A program made the translations under genes and the position numbers. A stretch of 64,000 bases of DNA from Octopus sinensis (taxonomy: Eukaryota). This document shows, piece after piece, positions 63,623 through 64,000 of this stretch. The notes under the pieces were generated by a model that ran no database searches, had not been told where the DNA came from, and saw only the letters and a program-made list of their open reading frames with translations. The stretch is from assembly GCF_006345805.1 (NCBI RefSeq), contig NC_042998.1:196044001-196108000 (forward strand), given 5' to 3'. How positions within the stretch are numbered: the stretch's first letter is position 1; each line of letters opens with the position of its first letter.

Positions 63623-63835
63623 CTTGTGTGTCTGTGTTTGTCCCCCTAGCATTGCTTGACAACCGATGCTGGTGTGTTTATGTCCCCGTCACTTAGCGGT
63701 TCGGCAAAAGAGACCGATAGAATAAGTACTGGGCTTACAAAAGAATAAGTCCCGAGGTCGAGTTGTTCGATTAAAGGCGGTGCTCCAGCATGGCCACACT
63801 CAAATGACTGAAACAAGTAAAAGAGTAAAAGAGAT
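63405..63835 (+). mobile_element. SINE family A copy
   Basis: Family sequence. Confidence 0.9.
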
Positions 63836-64000
63836 ATACATATATAATATACATATATACATATACACAACATCATATATAACATATACATATACATATA
63901 TACATATACATATATATGTACATATACATATATACATATATATATAATATATATATATATTATATATATATTATTATATATATATATATAATATATATAT

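Overview
Repeat-dense, AT-rich eukaryotic (animal) DNA with one 100-N scaffold gap. The SINE families look like those of coleoid cephalopods (octopus); this is an inference from recalled repeat families, not a database result. No complete host gene, rRNA, bona fide tRNA or CRISPR array is supportable, and most ORFs in the supplied track are microsatellite artefacts. The window is a layered transposon landscape. It holds several tRNA-headed SINE families (here called A, B, D, E, F) and a young, 5'-truncated Tx1/L1-clade LINE inserted in a (GATA)n tract. It also holds CR1 and RTE 3' ends, a train of RLE-type (R2-superfamily, Hero/NeSL-like) 3' ends stacked in (AAT)n, Penelope-like fragments with hammerhead motifs, a decayed Tc1, a Merlin transposase scrap, several MITEs, Helentron-type HINEs and two recent tandem duplications. 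Most interesting: (1) a multimeric Deu/Nin-domain SINE whose ~184-bp unit ends in a tail about 80% identical to the 3' end of the Tx1 LINE present in the same window, with whole multimers flanked by TSDs; (2) SINE-A shares a compensatorily conserved 3' hairpin with a CR1 LINE; (3) apparent microsatellite targeting by both the Tx1 and RLE elements; (4) two well-formed type I hammerhead ribozyme candidates. All coordinates and identities were counted by eye and should be confirmed computationally.
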